NCBI RefSeq assembly: GCF_004010195.1
Contig: NC_057718.1
Span: 29,078,466 to 29,131,994, forward strand
Length of the DNA: 53,529 bases
From: Chiloscyllium plagiosum
Lineage: Eukaryota
Reading direction: 5' to 3'
The notes under the pieces were generated by a model. It ran no database searches, was not told the origin of the DNA, and saw only the letters and a list, made by a program, of their open reading frames with translations. The first letter of the stretch is position 1. Every line of letters starts with the position of its first letter. The position numbers were made by a program, and so were the translations under genes. Positions 37,850 through 50,789 of this stretch are shown here, one piece after another.

Positions 37850-40800
37850 GTAGCTTCCATGGAATGTCTGCACCACATTTTCAATTTCCGTCAGTGGATT
37901 GTTTGCTTCCAATCCAACTGCAGAACTGTGCTGAAGTAGACACAGCTATTTCTTCAAATTGTGGATTAGACCGGACATTTTCACTCCGCTCAGTAATTGA
38001 ATCATTGGTGAAATTAAGTTGCTCACTTCCTCCATTTTATTACTTGAAGATTCACTCATGTTTGGTGTGATCCCCATTGCTGCTATTGGAAGGTAAAGAA
38101 GTCAGATATTCTGCTTTAACTAGTCTGTTCCAAGTCAACTCAGCGTTTAGGGTCAAACCTAAACCTGTTGTAACTAATTATTCACTGCATCATGTTGCAA
38201 TTTCACCAAGTTCAGTTGAAGAGATTTCATTTACCTCAAGTAAGAACTGTTTATTCTCTATTTATTTCCCTATGTTTCCTTGCAAACTAATCGGAACTCT
38301 CTCCAGTGTCAATGGCAATGGTGAAGATTGCTGTGAAATGCTCACAGCTTTCCATCACATTGAAGGTAGGAAACAAATTTCTTATGCCTTTGCAACATTC
38401 CCTCTAAGCTGTTTGGCTGTGCACAAACACAGCCACTCCAATATTCTGCACATGGCGTTGGCACACTGATCACAGCATTGACTGCCAGTTCCAGAAGTTG
38501 CTCAACCCTGCACAGGGTCTTGGGGGCCTGTGCAGTTGGTAAGAAAATCAAAGATAATGCTATCCCTATGCCATTCATCTCAGGGGATTTAGTTTCTTGT
38601 TTAGGTTCTGCCAGGAGTTTACAAAGCATCATATAATCTTCTACCAGCTGCTCCTTGACCTTTTCTAGTTTAACCACTTCTGCCTTTTGAACGAGATGAA
38701 TGAATGATTTTATTGTCAGGTGTATTTTACAGTAAGAAAAACACTGAACAGAGAAAAGGAATGAAAAGCTTTTCTACTGTTGCCTTGATCCAGCACCATT
38801 TTGAATAATTTAAGATCAAGACAAAAACTTGGAAGGATATAGCTTAAGGATGGTCCATCACTCCTGAGCCAGCTCATCATCAACAATGCCTGTGCCACCA
38901 GCCCTCCTCCACCACTTCACTGCTGCCAGCACCGGACCCAGTCAACCAACTCACCAATCCTCAGCCACCATTTTTCACCACGGAGCCTAACGTGCTGATG
39001 TCACCTCTGCCATCATGCAGCCATTATAGTATGATTCTGATGTCAGGTCCCATGCTCGCCCTGGAAAAGTAAGCAGGGGCCTATCCAAGTCCACTCTTGG
39101 CTCACTCGCCATCACTGAGGTCTGTGCTGGGCTCACTCACTGCCACTGATGCTATCCAAGCTCAGGACAAGAGGTAAGTGAAGGAAAAGAGAAGAAAATC
39201 AAAACAAAGGAAAGCGAAAAGAAATGAATGAAAATTGGTTGAAGAAATTGGGGTCAGTGCACATCTTTCTACACAAGAGTGAGAATTTGTGGCTGTCACA
39301 TAGATTTTGGTTTTCTAGTATTTGGTGTCTTTTCTGTTGGAGAGTTGCTGTGTTGTGCCACATAGATCATATAGTTTCAGTTCTGGCAGTGATAGAATGC
39401 GTTCCCTAAGGCAACGCTCATTGATAAAATGTAACACTTGCTCCCGTGTCTAACCAAAGTTCAGGAGGTGACCATTGACAAAGATATCAGCTTTGATAGT
39501 GTGGTGCTGGAAAAGCACAGCAGGTCAGGCAGCATCTGACAGCACCCTTCACCAGGAATGATCAGCTTGCCAAAATGCTGGGCTAGGGTCACATATTTTC
39601 CCTAGGAAAACTCTGGTTCTGTCTTCCACTGGAGATTATTCAACTTTTATTGCTTGGGTAATTGTTTGGTCTCATGTTGTTCTGTTGCTGTGTCCTGCTT
39701 CAGCACATTTTCTGAAAGTGATTGATTGTTTTATAATAAAAACAGTTGGGTTTAATAGCTCGGCTCTGATCACAACACAGATGTTGGTAAAGACTTTTAG
39801 TGTATCGCTTACTCACCGTATTGGTAAAACCATGCATCTTTTGTGGATCCGTACCTTAAGAATTGAATGCATTCTGATGATTTGTACCAAATGTGAACTT
39901 CTCCTCTGATCTGTGATGCTTCAGGATCTGTACTTCACTCACCACTTGAACGGCTTGCTCCAAAGCTAGGTCGTCTTTGGATTCAACAAATCTGACATCA
40001 AGTCATCAATAATGCTTAAACAATTCCATCTTTTACGAATTCTGACTTTATGTCACCACAGTTGCGTCCCTCCATTAGTCTGTAGAGATCATTAATGAAA
40101 TCATCTATTGATTCACCTGAATTCTTTTCCAAGAATCTTATTTGTTTGGAAATTGAAATATTTGTCAAAGGCTTTCAATGCTGGTTTGAAAGTGCCTGAT
40201 GATGCCTCAGTGATCACCTGCATATTCCAAACATATTTAGTCAAACTTTCCACCTAGTACCCAGCTTAGAAGCCATGTTAAAGCTCAAGAATTGATTTCT
40301 CCAGCATGTCCAATTTTGTATTCTATTTAGCTTATAACTGAAATGAAATCTTCCGGGCAAGACTAGTTCTGATATCATCTCCTAACATGTATAGATATTT
40401 TATCTACTTTAAAGATTTTTGTTTTGCAATTATGCTATTCTTCTATGCTTTGCTGCTGTCCTAGAAGGTTTTCCCATTATTTGGTGGCTTTAATGGATGA
40501 TTCCCATATTTTCTTTCCACAGCTTGACTGGATGATTTCTACTTTTCTAAATTTTAATTGAGGAACTCCTGCCTTTTGCAGACTTAATGAAGTCTCCCAG
40601 AAATATTTTCCCTGTTAGACTGGAATTACTCATGTCTTTAACTTATCAAATACTTAGCTACTTTTGATTATGATGCCTCCAACTCTCTGATCCAGAATTT
40701 GTTGTCTCAGCCCTGTTACGTTTATTTTGCTCGCTATCCCTTTTGGCATCCTTGCACTATGACAGCGATACCAAATCAGAGCAGTTTTAAAAAGAAATTC

Positions 40801-41570
40801 TTGTCCTTTTCTGGTTCATTTACTGTGCCGTTTAAAGTTTCCTTTTTACAAGGAAATTTTAGTTTTGAATCATAAATCCCTGATGTCTGTTCACTCACTG
40901 TTTGATCTCTAGACTCAGGACTGCTGCTACAGACTACTATCTCACGTGCAACCTGCACCTCTGCCTGAGAGCTGAAGTTTCCTGCTGCTCCAGCACACGT
41001 CTTAGTAGGTCTGAAATGCTTTCTGTTGTTCTTTTAAAAATTCTTCAGTGTTGAATATTTCCACAAGGTTTTCTCTTGAGTTCCACTGATAATCTTTGCA
41101 GTGCTGCTTTCCAGTCTGCATGAGTAACTAGCTCGGTTTCAGATGCAAAAGAAATCACTACAGCTGATTGTCATGTAGAAAGAAGCTAAGCAAATCTTCA
41201 GATCATCTCAGATGCTCATCATATTGGATATGGTAATGTTAAATACCATATTACGTATGGTGCCACCAATATCTTCTAGGCTATATTCTTCCAGTACTCA
41301 TGTGGTCTAGCATAAATGAGAATTTCTGGTCTAACTAGAAAAGTCACTTGAAGTAAACAAGATTAAGTTTATTGCATCCCTGCAACTATGTACGTATCAC
41401 AAGGATATGATATACATTATTACAGAGACTGTTAGACAGAGCTGTTCTTAGGTCTGACCCTTCAATGTCCTTAATTACTCTCCCCACCAGTCCCCATGAA
41501 ATCACCACTATGGATGGTACATATCCACTCAATCAATATTTATTGACACTTTCAGATTCATATGCAACAG
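37850..41570 (-). mobile_element. Highly decayed Gypsy-type LTR retrotransposon
   Basis: Minus strand: gag-like GESIDDFINDLYRL...KSEFVKDGIV (~40020-40125); degenerate zinc knuckle CFYYKTINHFQKMC (~39705-39745); protease IFVNGH...LDTGASVT (~39430-39485); candidate LTR 41271-41569 (starts TGTTGC, has AATAAA) followed by PBS-like TGGTGGCACC. Confidence 0.75.
39494..39560 (-). mobile_element. Tiny Penelope-like terminal fragment inserted in the Gypsy protease region
   Basis: agtgtggtgctggaaaagcacagcaggtcaggcagcatc flanked by atcagctt at 39486-39493 and 39561-39568. Confidence 0.75.
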
Positions 41571-41832
41571 TGGAGACTTTTGGCAGTGATAGTTCCAAGA
41601 TAATTTTCTGTAGGTTTATTATACCTTGCTAATAGTTTAAATTATTCATATATTGTATTTCCAAATATTATCTTACAGCAATATATCTAATTCTCTTTTG
41701 AATGAATCACGCTTTCTCACAACTGATCCTATAGGTACTGGGATGGAGATTTGGAAAGATAATAATCATAGATATCTGAACATCTCATCAAATGTAAGCA
41801 ACTAATATACAAATAAACTTCGGAATTAATAC

Positions 41833-41993
41833 CTGAAGTTTTCTGGATATTCACTGACTGCCATGTTGATGACCTCTAAAGCACGTTGATAATGTTTTTG
41901 GGCAGAAAACAGAAGCGCCAGCAAATGGAGAGAATGCATGTCATCATTCCTGAGTTTAAGTGCCACTTGTAATTGTTCAATAGCTTCAGAGAT
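41833..41993 (-). CDS. TTC7A: Internal coding exon (161 nt) of tetratricopeptide repeat protein 7 family gene
   Basis: tttgcag|ATC TCT GAA...AAC TTC AG|gtatta encodes [53 protein letters not shown]. This closely resembles recalled TTC7A ([53 protein letters not shown]). Lies within ORF 41826..42014. Family call is strong; the A versus B paralog call is less certain. Confidence 0.92.
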
Positions 41994-44119
41994 CTGCAAA
42001 AGAAATTTAAACACAGCAAAAATATTTACTATAGTGCACTTTCAGAGGAGATGAAAATCCCAAGTCTATTACCGTCAAACTCTGAATTATATAAACCAGC
42101 TTTACAATTAGTCAATTACAGATAAAAAAAACTTGTAATTGTATTCATCTGTTCTCGTGTCACAAATGCATTGGTTTCTGACTAATTCTTCAATATGGCA
42201 ATTATTTAGCCAATCAAGGGGGAATAAAGGCAGGAACGAGCAACTTTAGGGGCATGTAGCACAATGGTAGTGTCCCTCCCTCTGGTCTAGAAGATCTGGT
42301 TTCAAGTTTGACTTCCCATAACATGTTGATTAAAAATAATGAGAACACTATTATAAGCTCTGGTTACAGAGGCATTAGGAGAGGATTAAAAAGACCTCTG
42401 CTGCCACCTGATGTATAGCATGGGGGAAGTGGGAGGAGGAAATAGATGATGAAAATAACTTTACTATAAATAGATTAACATGATATTTTTACGTTAAATT
42501 TACAAGAGGCAATAGATTCTTTTTAATAACACAACCAATTCAAAAATATGAAGTTGTTCAACATTGTCATTAAGCAAGCACAAGCTTCAAGAGGAAAGAA
42601 GGAGAACATGCCCCCATCTACATCAACAGAACTGACCTTGAGAGGGTGGAGAGCATTAAGTTCCTAGCAGTGACAAAAACTAACAACCTGTTCTGGACTT
42701 CCCACATAGATGTGACATTTAATAAAGCACAACACGCCTCTTCTTCCTCAGGCGGCTCAGGAAATTTGGCATGCCCATAAAGACCCTCACCAACTTTTAT
42801 AGGTGCATCATCAAAAGCATACTGTCTGGGTGCACAACGGCCTGGTACAGTAACTGCGCCGCCCAGGACCGGAAGAAACAACAGAAAGTTGTGTGCACAG
42901 TCCAAACTATCATGGAAGCCAACCTTGCATTCAAGGACTCCATTTGCTACTGATCTGCTGACCTGATGAGTCTCTTTAAAACCTCCTGCAGTTTATGGTC
43001 ATCTTCCTCAGTATTTACAACCCTGCCAATTTTCTTGTCATCTGCAAAGGTATTGATCATAGCCCCTATATATAAGTACTAATCATTAACATACATCACA
43101 AATAGCAATGGGTTCTGCACCTTGTGGAATAGCTTGTGGAATTATAAACAGATTTTAAATCACTCAAGCATCCCTCTACCATCACCTTTTGTTTCCTGCC
43201 TCTCAGCCAATTATGCATCCAATCTGCTACTTTGTCTTGGACATAGGCTCTTAAGTGAGGAAAAATGACCAAGTTTGTAAGCTAGTAAAGAAGCTGCCAA
43301 TTACCCAGACGATTGCTAGAAATTTACTGCCTGTGTAAGCCCCTTGTGACCTTTTTGAATCGACAGTAACTAACGGCTTGAAATATGGTCTTCTTTTCCA
43401 ATTACAAATTGGTGAGGAATGCTATGTTGCTGCATTATTGTTTTCTTGGGGATGATGGACAGCTTCTTCAAAACATATTACTTTGTTTCAGAGCTTTTAG
43501 CAGCGTTCAAAAACTTTGCAGGTTGTCATCCAAATAGCATTATGGATCTCTACTTTCAACCTTGCCTAACCTAACCTTATATTCACCACACCTCAAAACA
43601 AGCAGCTCAAACCAAGTTCATTTTATAACATTTTTGTCAGGTACTTTTTTTTTCCAGCTCCATAATGATACTGCTTCTGATTTGTGTAAATCCAAACTGT
43701 TTTGTACTTTGAATGATAAAGTTTTCTCATGCCACTATCAGTGGATTAGTTTAATTAACTGATTTGTATTTTAAAACAAGAAACTTGAGGTTTTTTAAAA
43801 AAAAATTCCTCTCACCAGCATTACCCCTCCCATTTCAGTTATCCTGAAGATAAAATCTTTTGAACTCCAAAAAAAAATCATGGTTTAAAACTCTTACAAA
43901 ACTGCAAATTGAATATGAATGAACAAGCTTGCCTTGAAAGCTTTATTTACGTGTGAAACAATCTTCTATTTAGAAGGTTCAGATAAATCTTTATGACTGC
44001 AACTTGTTCATTACACTTAGCTTTCCAAGTGTTTTAACTGTCAATATCAATTGACCTAAAATTAAAGCTTAATAACAGAGAAATTGTGTTCACAGGAATA
44101 ATATGCCAATGACACCTAC
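41994..44119 (-). other. Phase-0 GT-AG intron between the two TTC7 exons
   Basis: Donor gtaggt begins at 44119 and acceptor tttgcag ends at 41994 on the minus strand. Confidence 0.88.
42580..42950 (+). mobile_element. Rex1/Babar-like 3' fragment
   Basis: TLTNFYRCIIKSILSGCTTAWYSNC, similar to 28820-28900. Confidence 0.8.
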
Positions 44120-44192
44120 CTGTCTGTTGAACGCCAACTGCAAGGAAAGGTATAGAGCAATTCGATGATCTTCACTATCCAAACTGTGAGCT
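44120..44192 (-). CDS. TTC7A: Internal coding exon (73 nt) of tetratricopeptide repeat protein 7 family gene
   Basis: Minus strand reads atag|A GCT CAC AGT...AAC AGA CAG|gtaggt, translating to (R)AHSLDSEDHRIALYLSLQLAFNRQ. This resembles the recalled TTC7A segment [25 protein letters not shown]. Canonical AG/GT ends; the phase-0 end joins in frame to the exon at 41993. Too short for the ORF track. Confidence 0.9.
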
Positions 44193-44739
44193 CTATCATG
44201 AGAAAACACAATGAAGGAAACCCTAATAAGTTATGATGCTAAATGAAAAACATGACAAGAGTAAGAGTATATTCAATTCATAACAGCATTCTACAGATGA
44301 TTTAATTCATTTACATGTAGTTTCTTGATATTTTCACTATAAAATATCAAGTATTTTGCTTTTGTTATCAAAGAGTGTGACTACTGATATCTTATACTTA
44401 ATGTAGTATTCCATATACATGAAATACACATATTTTATTCCATAAAATATACTGTCAATCTTGAATCAATCAACTGTCTGTCTGGCTCATTCCTATTTGC
44501 AAAACATATCAGAAGATATTAGTACATGTTAACAAACTGTAAACAGTATAATAAAGAATTTATTATCCATTCCCCCTAAGATGCTATATGAAATACTGAA
44601 AGCAAAAAGTTTACCTAAAATTACAGAATCTATTAAAGGGTCTTCATTTTTGTACTCTTGTTTTTAAAAGCCACAAGTCAGATTTTTAAAAAACTTTCCT
44701 GCTCTCTGTTGGAACACTACTATTGCAGCTTTTCGTTCA

Positions 44740-45900
44740 ATATAAAAGGGAACACCTCCAGTGACCTTAAAGAAATTAAGATGCTTATGACGGGTGTTGG
44801 GTAGAAAATCAAATTATGAACCAAGAGGAATATTAAAGGTTCAGAGGGAAGTGAAAAAGCAAATAAGAGAAGCAAAGAGGAACTATGTGGTAAGGGCTGG
44901 CAGCCAAGATATGAAGATGTCCTGAAGTCTTCTATGACCATATAAACAGTAAAAGGGTGATATCAGGAAGAATAGGGCCAATTAAGGACCAAAAAGGGGA
45001 CTTATACCAAGAGGCAGGAGGCATTCTGAGATGTTAAATAAATACTTTGCAATGGTCTTTGACAAAGAAACAGATGTTACGCAGGGCATGGTGATAGAGG
45101 AGGGAACTCAAGCACTAGAAGGTTTAAAAATTGATAAGGCAGAAGTGATGGATAGACTGTTGACCTCAAAAGTTGACAAAGCAATGGGACCAGATTAGAT
45201 GCCTCCAAGGATATTAAAGGAAATGAGAGTGGAAATTGTTGGTGCACTGGCCACAATTTTTCAGTCTTTCCAAAACCCAGAGTGGTGGCAGAAGACTGGA
45301 AAATTACAAACATTATAGCCTTGTTCAAGAAACATTACAAGGTTAAGCCCTACAATTACAGACCAGTCAACTTAACATCAGTGGTGTGGAAGTTCCTTGA
45401 GACAACTATTTTGAGATAGAATTAGCAGTAACATAGAAATAGGTGGGTAGATAGGAAAAATCAGCATGGATTTCTAAAGGGGGATGTCCTGATAAACTAA
45501 CTTGCTGGAGGTAACAGAAAGGCTCAGTCAGGCTAATGCTTTTGATGTGGTGCATGTGAACTTTCAGAAGATGCTTGATACAATGCTACACAACAGACTT
45601 ATTAGGAATGTTCTGGGTGATGGAATAAAAGGGTCAGTAGCAACATTGGTACAAAATTGGCTGAGTGATAGGAAAAGAGAATAACGGCCAATGGATATTT
45701 TTTGGGCTGGAGGAAGATTGTAGTGGAGCACCCAGAATCAGTATTAGGACACTTGCCTTTCCTGATATATATTAATGATCTAGATTTTGATATGCAGAGG
45801 GCAATTTCAAAGTTTACACAAAACTTGTAAGAAATATAAACTGTGAGGAGGACAGTGTAAAACTCCAGAAGGACATAGACAAGTTGGTGGAGTGGACACA
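44740..45900 (+). mobile_element. Decayed CR1 ORF2 (RT) fragment
   Basis: NYRPVNLTSVV, QHGFLKG and DVVHVNFQK motifs. Confidence 0.85.
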
Positions 45901-47157
45901 ATTTTCCTAGTGTCGTCTCACCAACACCTTGCATAACTGTAATTACCCTTCTTTACTTTTATAATCTAGACCTTATAATCCACTCTGAATGTCCAAAAGA
46001 AATCCTGAAGTTTTTTTTTTAGAAAAAGGAAGCAGAGTATCTGTTTAATCCAAATAAGTTGATCATTCAAATATGACAAAGAACTGTGGATGCTGGAGAT
46101 CTGAAGCAAACAAGGAGGTCTCATAACTTTAACTCCAATTTCTCCAGCAATTTCTACACAATGGTGCCTTACACATTCCAAAGCTATTGAAATAGAGTCA
46201 GCTCATCTACAAAACTTAATAGAAACAATTAGCTTGGATTATCAATGACAGAAAACTGGAGAAAGTCAAACAGCGAAAAGGAGATCATTAAAGAGGGACA
46301 GAAGGAGTCAGATACAGAGAGAATGAAAGAAGGAGAAGGTAGTAGGAATTAGAGGAAGTGAAGAATAATGGAAAGAGGAAGGACAAGTGCATGAAGAAGG
46401 AATAAATGGTAAGTATTTATTGAGGAGAACATAGATGATATAGGAAATGAGAGCAGATGAAGGAACGACATGACAAAAGGAGAGAATGAAGGATTGAAAG
46501 AGGTAAAGTACAATCCAGATTTAAATGATATAAATTTATACTTTACGCTGGTAATTATCAGTCCAAAGGGGGTCTCATTACCGTTCAGAGAAACAGCAGT
46601 GAACTCCTGTCATGTGGTAGCCTGACGAAATCAAGACGTCCTTCAAGCACTGAAATGACCATGTCAGTCCTTCCCCAGGACTGAGACTCCCAGAAGCAGA
46701 AATCCCACACATCAATAACTGCCAGTCAATCAGAAATTGGCAGCTCTTCATTGAAGTCAGCATTAGTAGGAACAGTGTGCGATGGTGACAATGCACGCAG
46801 TAGAAGTCCAGGAACCTCATAGGATCCCAGATAAAACATGAATGAGTGGGATGGGAATTGAGAGAGAAGGGTTTCAGAAATAACAGCAGAGAAATGGCTT
46901 TCGGCAGCTTCCCATCCTGCCCAATGTCAAATCGCTCATTCAAGTGTAACGCATCTGATTACAAGGCACCTTCCCCAAGGAGTTCCTGACAAATTGAGCA
47001 GGGTTTGCTGGATGACCTTCTGAGGGGAGGGGGAATGCCAGGCTTACCCACATTAACCTCTAAGCCACCACTAAAAACAGGAGGCTCAATGATAATGAGT
47101 ATCAAACTGTTCATCACAAGACTAATTGAGATACAGATGGTGGCACTCAGTACAGCC

Positions 47158-47380
47158 ATAGAGTCACAGAGATGTACAGCCTGGAAACAGACCCTTTGGT
47201 CCAACTTATCCATGCTGATCAGATATCCCAAACCAATCTAGTCCCACCTGCTAGCACCCGCCCCATAGCCCTCCAACCCCTTCCTATTCAAATACCCATA
47301 GAGATGTCTTTTAAATTTTGCAATTGTACTCGCCTCCACCACTTCCTCTGGCAGCTCATTCCATACACGTACCACCCTCT
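47158..47380 (-). mobile_element. CR1 3' tail
   Basis: catagagtcacagagatgtacagc...cagctcattccatacacgtaccaccctct. Confidence 0.85.
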
Positions 47381-48536
47381 CCCTTTCTGCCCACTCACTT
47401 AATCAGAAAGCTTTGCCACACCCTGAAGACTGAGGTAGGGCCTTTCATATAATTGGTCTCCCATAATTAAGTCAGTCATGCTATTGTTTCCTGTTGTGAC
47501 AAGCTGAACTGAATCCAACCCAAAGAATCTCAAATGCCATATCAATGAACTTGGTTTCAAAATTATATGTCACACTTAAACTGAAGATATCAGCATCAGT
47601 AACCATACTAGTAATTTAAGGCTCACGGCTCAATACAGCAGTCAATTTATTTTATCGGATTCTCATCTTTGCATGTTTGGCCACACTTCACCTAATGGTC
47701 ACTCCATCCCTGCTTCAGCTCATCTGTTGGTGAAACCCTCATCTATGCCTTTGTTACTATGCCTTCCAATCTTCTCTATTCCAATGCACAGCAGCACTTC
47801 CACTTCCACCCTCCATAAACTTGAAGTCATCAAAAATACTTAGTCCTATATCCTAACATGCAACACACTCCACTCTACATGTTGACTTACACTGCTTCCT
47901 ACTCAGTCAATGCCTTAGTCCTAAAATTCCTATCCTCATTTTCAAATGACCATGGGGTTTGCCCTTTCCCATTTCTAGAACCTTCTCTACATGACTATGC
48001 TCTTGGATCACTGTGCTCCACCAATTCTGTCCTCTTATGCATCCCCTACTTTAATTATGCCACTATCAGAACTTTTCAGCTGAGTCACCTCAAAGCTCTG
48101 GAATCCTCCTCCTGCAAAATCTCTCCACTTCTTTATTTCTCTCTCTCTCTTACATTAAGAAGCTTCTTAAAACCTATTTTTACAAATTAAATCTTTATGG
48201 CCTTTATATGGCTTAGTGTCAAATTTTGTTTGAAAATGCTCCAATGAAGTACATTTTACTATCTAAATAAGTTATGTCAATGCAAGTTGTCAAGGCTGCT
48301 TGGGTAAGTCCAAATTAACATACTTGGTAATGGAGGTTGGAACCAAGTCAACCCTCTGTGGCAAGATTGGTAACCTGATATCTGAACCATACAGACAGGT
48401 TCATAGTTTTCCAGGGTACATTGCTATTAATAAAATTAGAGGAACAGGGGTATGCTATACACGCCTTTGAGCTTGTTTCATCAATTATATCAAGACTATA
48501 TACGCGTGAAACCTAAACTAAATAAAAATCTGTCCA

Positions 48537-48844
48537 CTGGCAAAAGTGAGGACTGCAGATGCTGGAAACCAGAGTTTAGATCAGAGTGGTGCTGGAAAAG
48601 CACAGCAGGTCAGGCAGCATCCGAGGAGCAGGAAAATCGACGTTTCGAGCAAAAGCCCTTCATCAGGGATTGTACTCTTTGCTACCTTCTCCCCAGCCCC
48701 ACCTGCCCCCCATTTATCTCTCCACTCTGGAGACTCCTTGCCTCTATTCCTGATGAAGGGCTTTTGCTCGAAACGTCGATTTTCCTGCTCCTCGGACGCT
48801 GCCTGACCTGCTGTGCTTTTCCAGCACCACTCTGATCTAAACCC
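48537..48844. mobile_element. Fold-back Penelope-like insertion with two hammerhead motifs and 14-bp target-site duplication
   Basis: Arms ~48575-48667 and ~48749-48840 with ~80-nt spacer; taaaaatctgtcca at 48523-48536 and 48845-48858. Confidence 0.88.
48746..48782 (+). ncRNA. Minimal type I hammerhead ribozyme motif (mirror copy on minus strand ~48634-48668)
   Basis: CTGATGA-A-GGGC-TTTT-GCTC-GAAA-CGTC-GA: palindromic ACGT stem III and GUC triplet. Activity untested. Confidence 0.72.
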
Positions 48845-50061
48845 TAAAAATCTGTCCATCTGTGTCTTGAAAATTTCAATCTTTCCACTATCAATAGCCT
48901 TTTAGGGAGTAAATCCCTTATCTCTATTACCATTTGCGTGAGAAAGTGCATCCAGGCAGCAACATAACACCATTTTCAAGACCATGTTTTGTGTTGGAAA
49001 TTGGAGTCCTCTTTAAAACTGAAATTCTTTCTGTGTCTCATATTTAGTATTTTTTGTGTAGCCTGAATGTTGCAGTATTACCACTAACAGTGTTACAGCC
49101 TACTGCAAATATAAACTAATCTTTCGTATGTGAAAACAGAGGAAAAGGTATAAGTTTAGGGCTCAAATCAAAGATTTATCAGGCACAGTGCTACCCTATT
49201 ATGAATGTGACATTTTGAAAAATAAGACATTGTAGTTAAAAGTAATCAAAACTAACCTTCAAATGGAGGTGGGCAAGAGACAACGGTCATTCTGGCATTG
49301 TGAGTAGCAGTCCATGGTCATTTGCTAAGAGGGTTTAGACAGGTGGTTGACATAGCTTAAATGGCTCAGCACCGTTACAAGGTAAATCAACAAGGATAGG
49401 TAGGGAGGGACAGTCAGAAAAAGTTCCAGGGGATGAGCAACCATCTTCTTGAGGTAAGACCAGCAGTTCCCCTACGTGCATCCGAGGAAAGAACAAAGAC
49501 TGCAGCTACCAAAGACCATAAAAGAAAGATTGCAAGACATTTGGGGCACGGTAATGCACTGCCTCGACACCTTCATTTTAGAGAATGGCGTGAGTATTTC
49601 CTTTCTTTGCTAAATTAATTAACAAACCATACATAAACTACAGTTTATTAAACTATTGGAAAATTACTACAAATTGTTGACTGCCTGCATTAGGTAACTG
49701 CAATAACAAATGCACCCAATTCAACTGAGGTATCAGAAGTGGGATATCAAAGAAGTCAAGGCTTCATTTTGAGAAGCTGGAAAGCAACAGTCATGTGTGT
49801 TGAGTAATTCCTAAGTGAAACAAGAGGTGTACAAAGGCATTGGCAAGCTAAAAGTTGTATTAGGAATAGTAGAACAATGTGACAGAGATTACAAGTCTAT
49901 TTTTGATCAACCATCTAATTAAATTCAGAAGGGTAATCTTAAATTAAAAACAATCTGCAGTAAACTGTTCTGTGGTGCCCTTGAGTGTGTCTTGCAACTG
50001 AATACAAGGAGCCCAGGAAACAAGTTGCAACGCTACAATGGGAATACTGATCTCCTTCAGG

Positions 50062-50357
50062 AGTCCAGAACTAGAGGGCATAGGTTTAGGGTGAGAGGGG
50101 AAGATACAAAAGGGACTTGAGGGGCAACTTTTTCATGCAGACGGTGATGCATGTATGGAATGAGCTGCCAGAGGAAGTGTAGGGGGCTGGTACAATTGCA
50201 ACATTTAAAAGGCATCTGGATGGGTATATGAATAGGAAGGGTTTAGAGGGAAATGGGCCAAGTGCTGGCAAATGGGACTAGATTAGGTTGGAATATCTGT
50301 TCGGCATGTTGGACTGAAGGGTCTATTTCCACACTGTACATCTCTATGACTCTATGA
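50062..50357 (+). mobile_element. CR1 3' end
   Basis: SRTRGHRFRVRG...NFFMQTVMHVWNELP; ends in tctatgac repeats. Confidence 0.88.
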
Positions 50358-50789
50358 CAGTGATAGCTTACATGCTTGATTATGATGAGAGATAGAAATA
50401 TGCAATAAGCCATGCTATAAAAATAGAGGACATATTTGAACAGTGTCACTCTCTTATTAGATGGAAAGCTTCTGAACCATTACTTCTGCAATTGTTTTTA
50501 CTTCCAGCACACCTAGACAAAAGTAGCATTTCATTAGCAATAATGATTACTCTTTATACCGAGTTTTAGTGGTTTTTGACTACCTACACATGCACATTCA
50601 TTTATTGCACTCTTCCAATCTAAACTCCATTTGCCAAAGTCTTGCACACGTACTTATCTGATGTTCCTTCATAATTTTCTATTCCCATTAAACAACCTAC
50701 CAATCAGGTTCAATGGAATGTTGGTCAGTAGACCTATTACTGAAGTCTGGAAATCTCCTCATTCAGCAGCAGAGATACTAAGTACTGCA

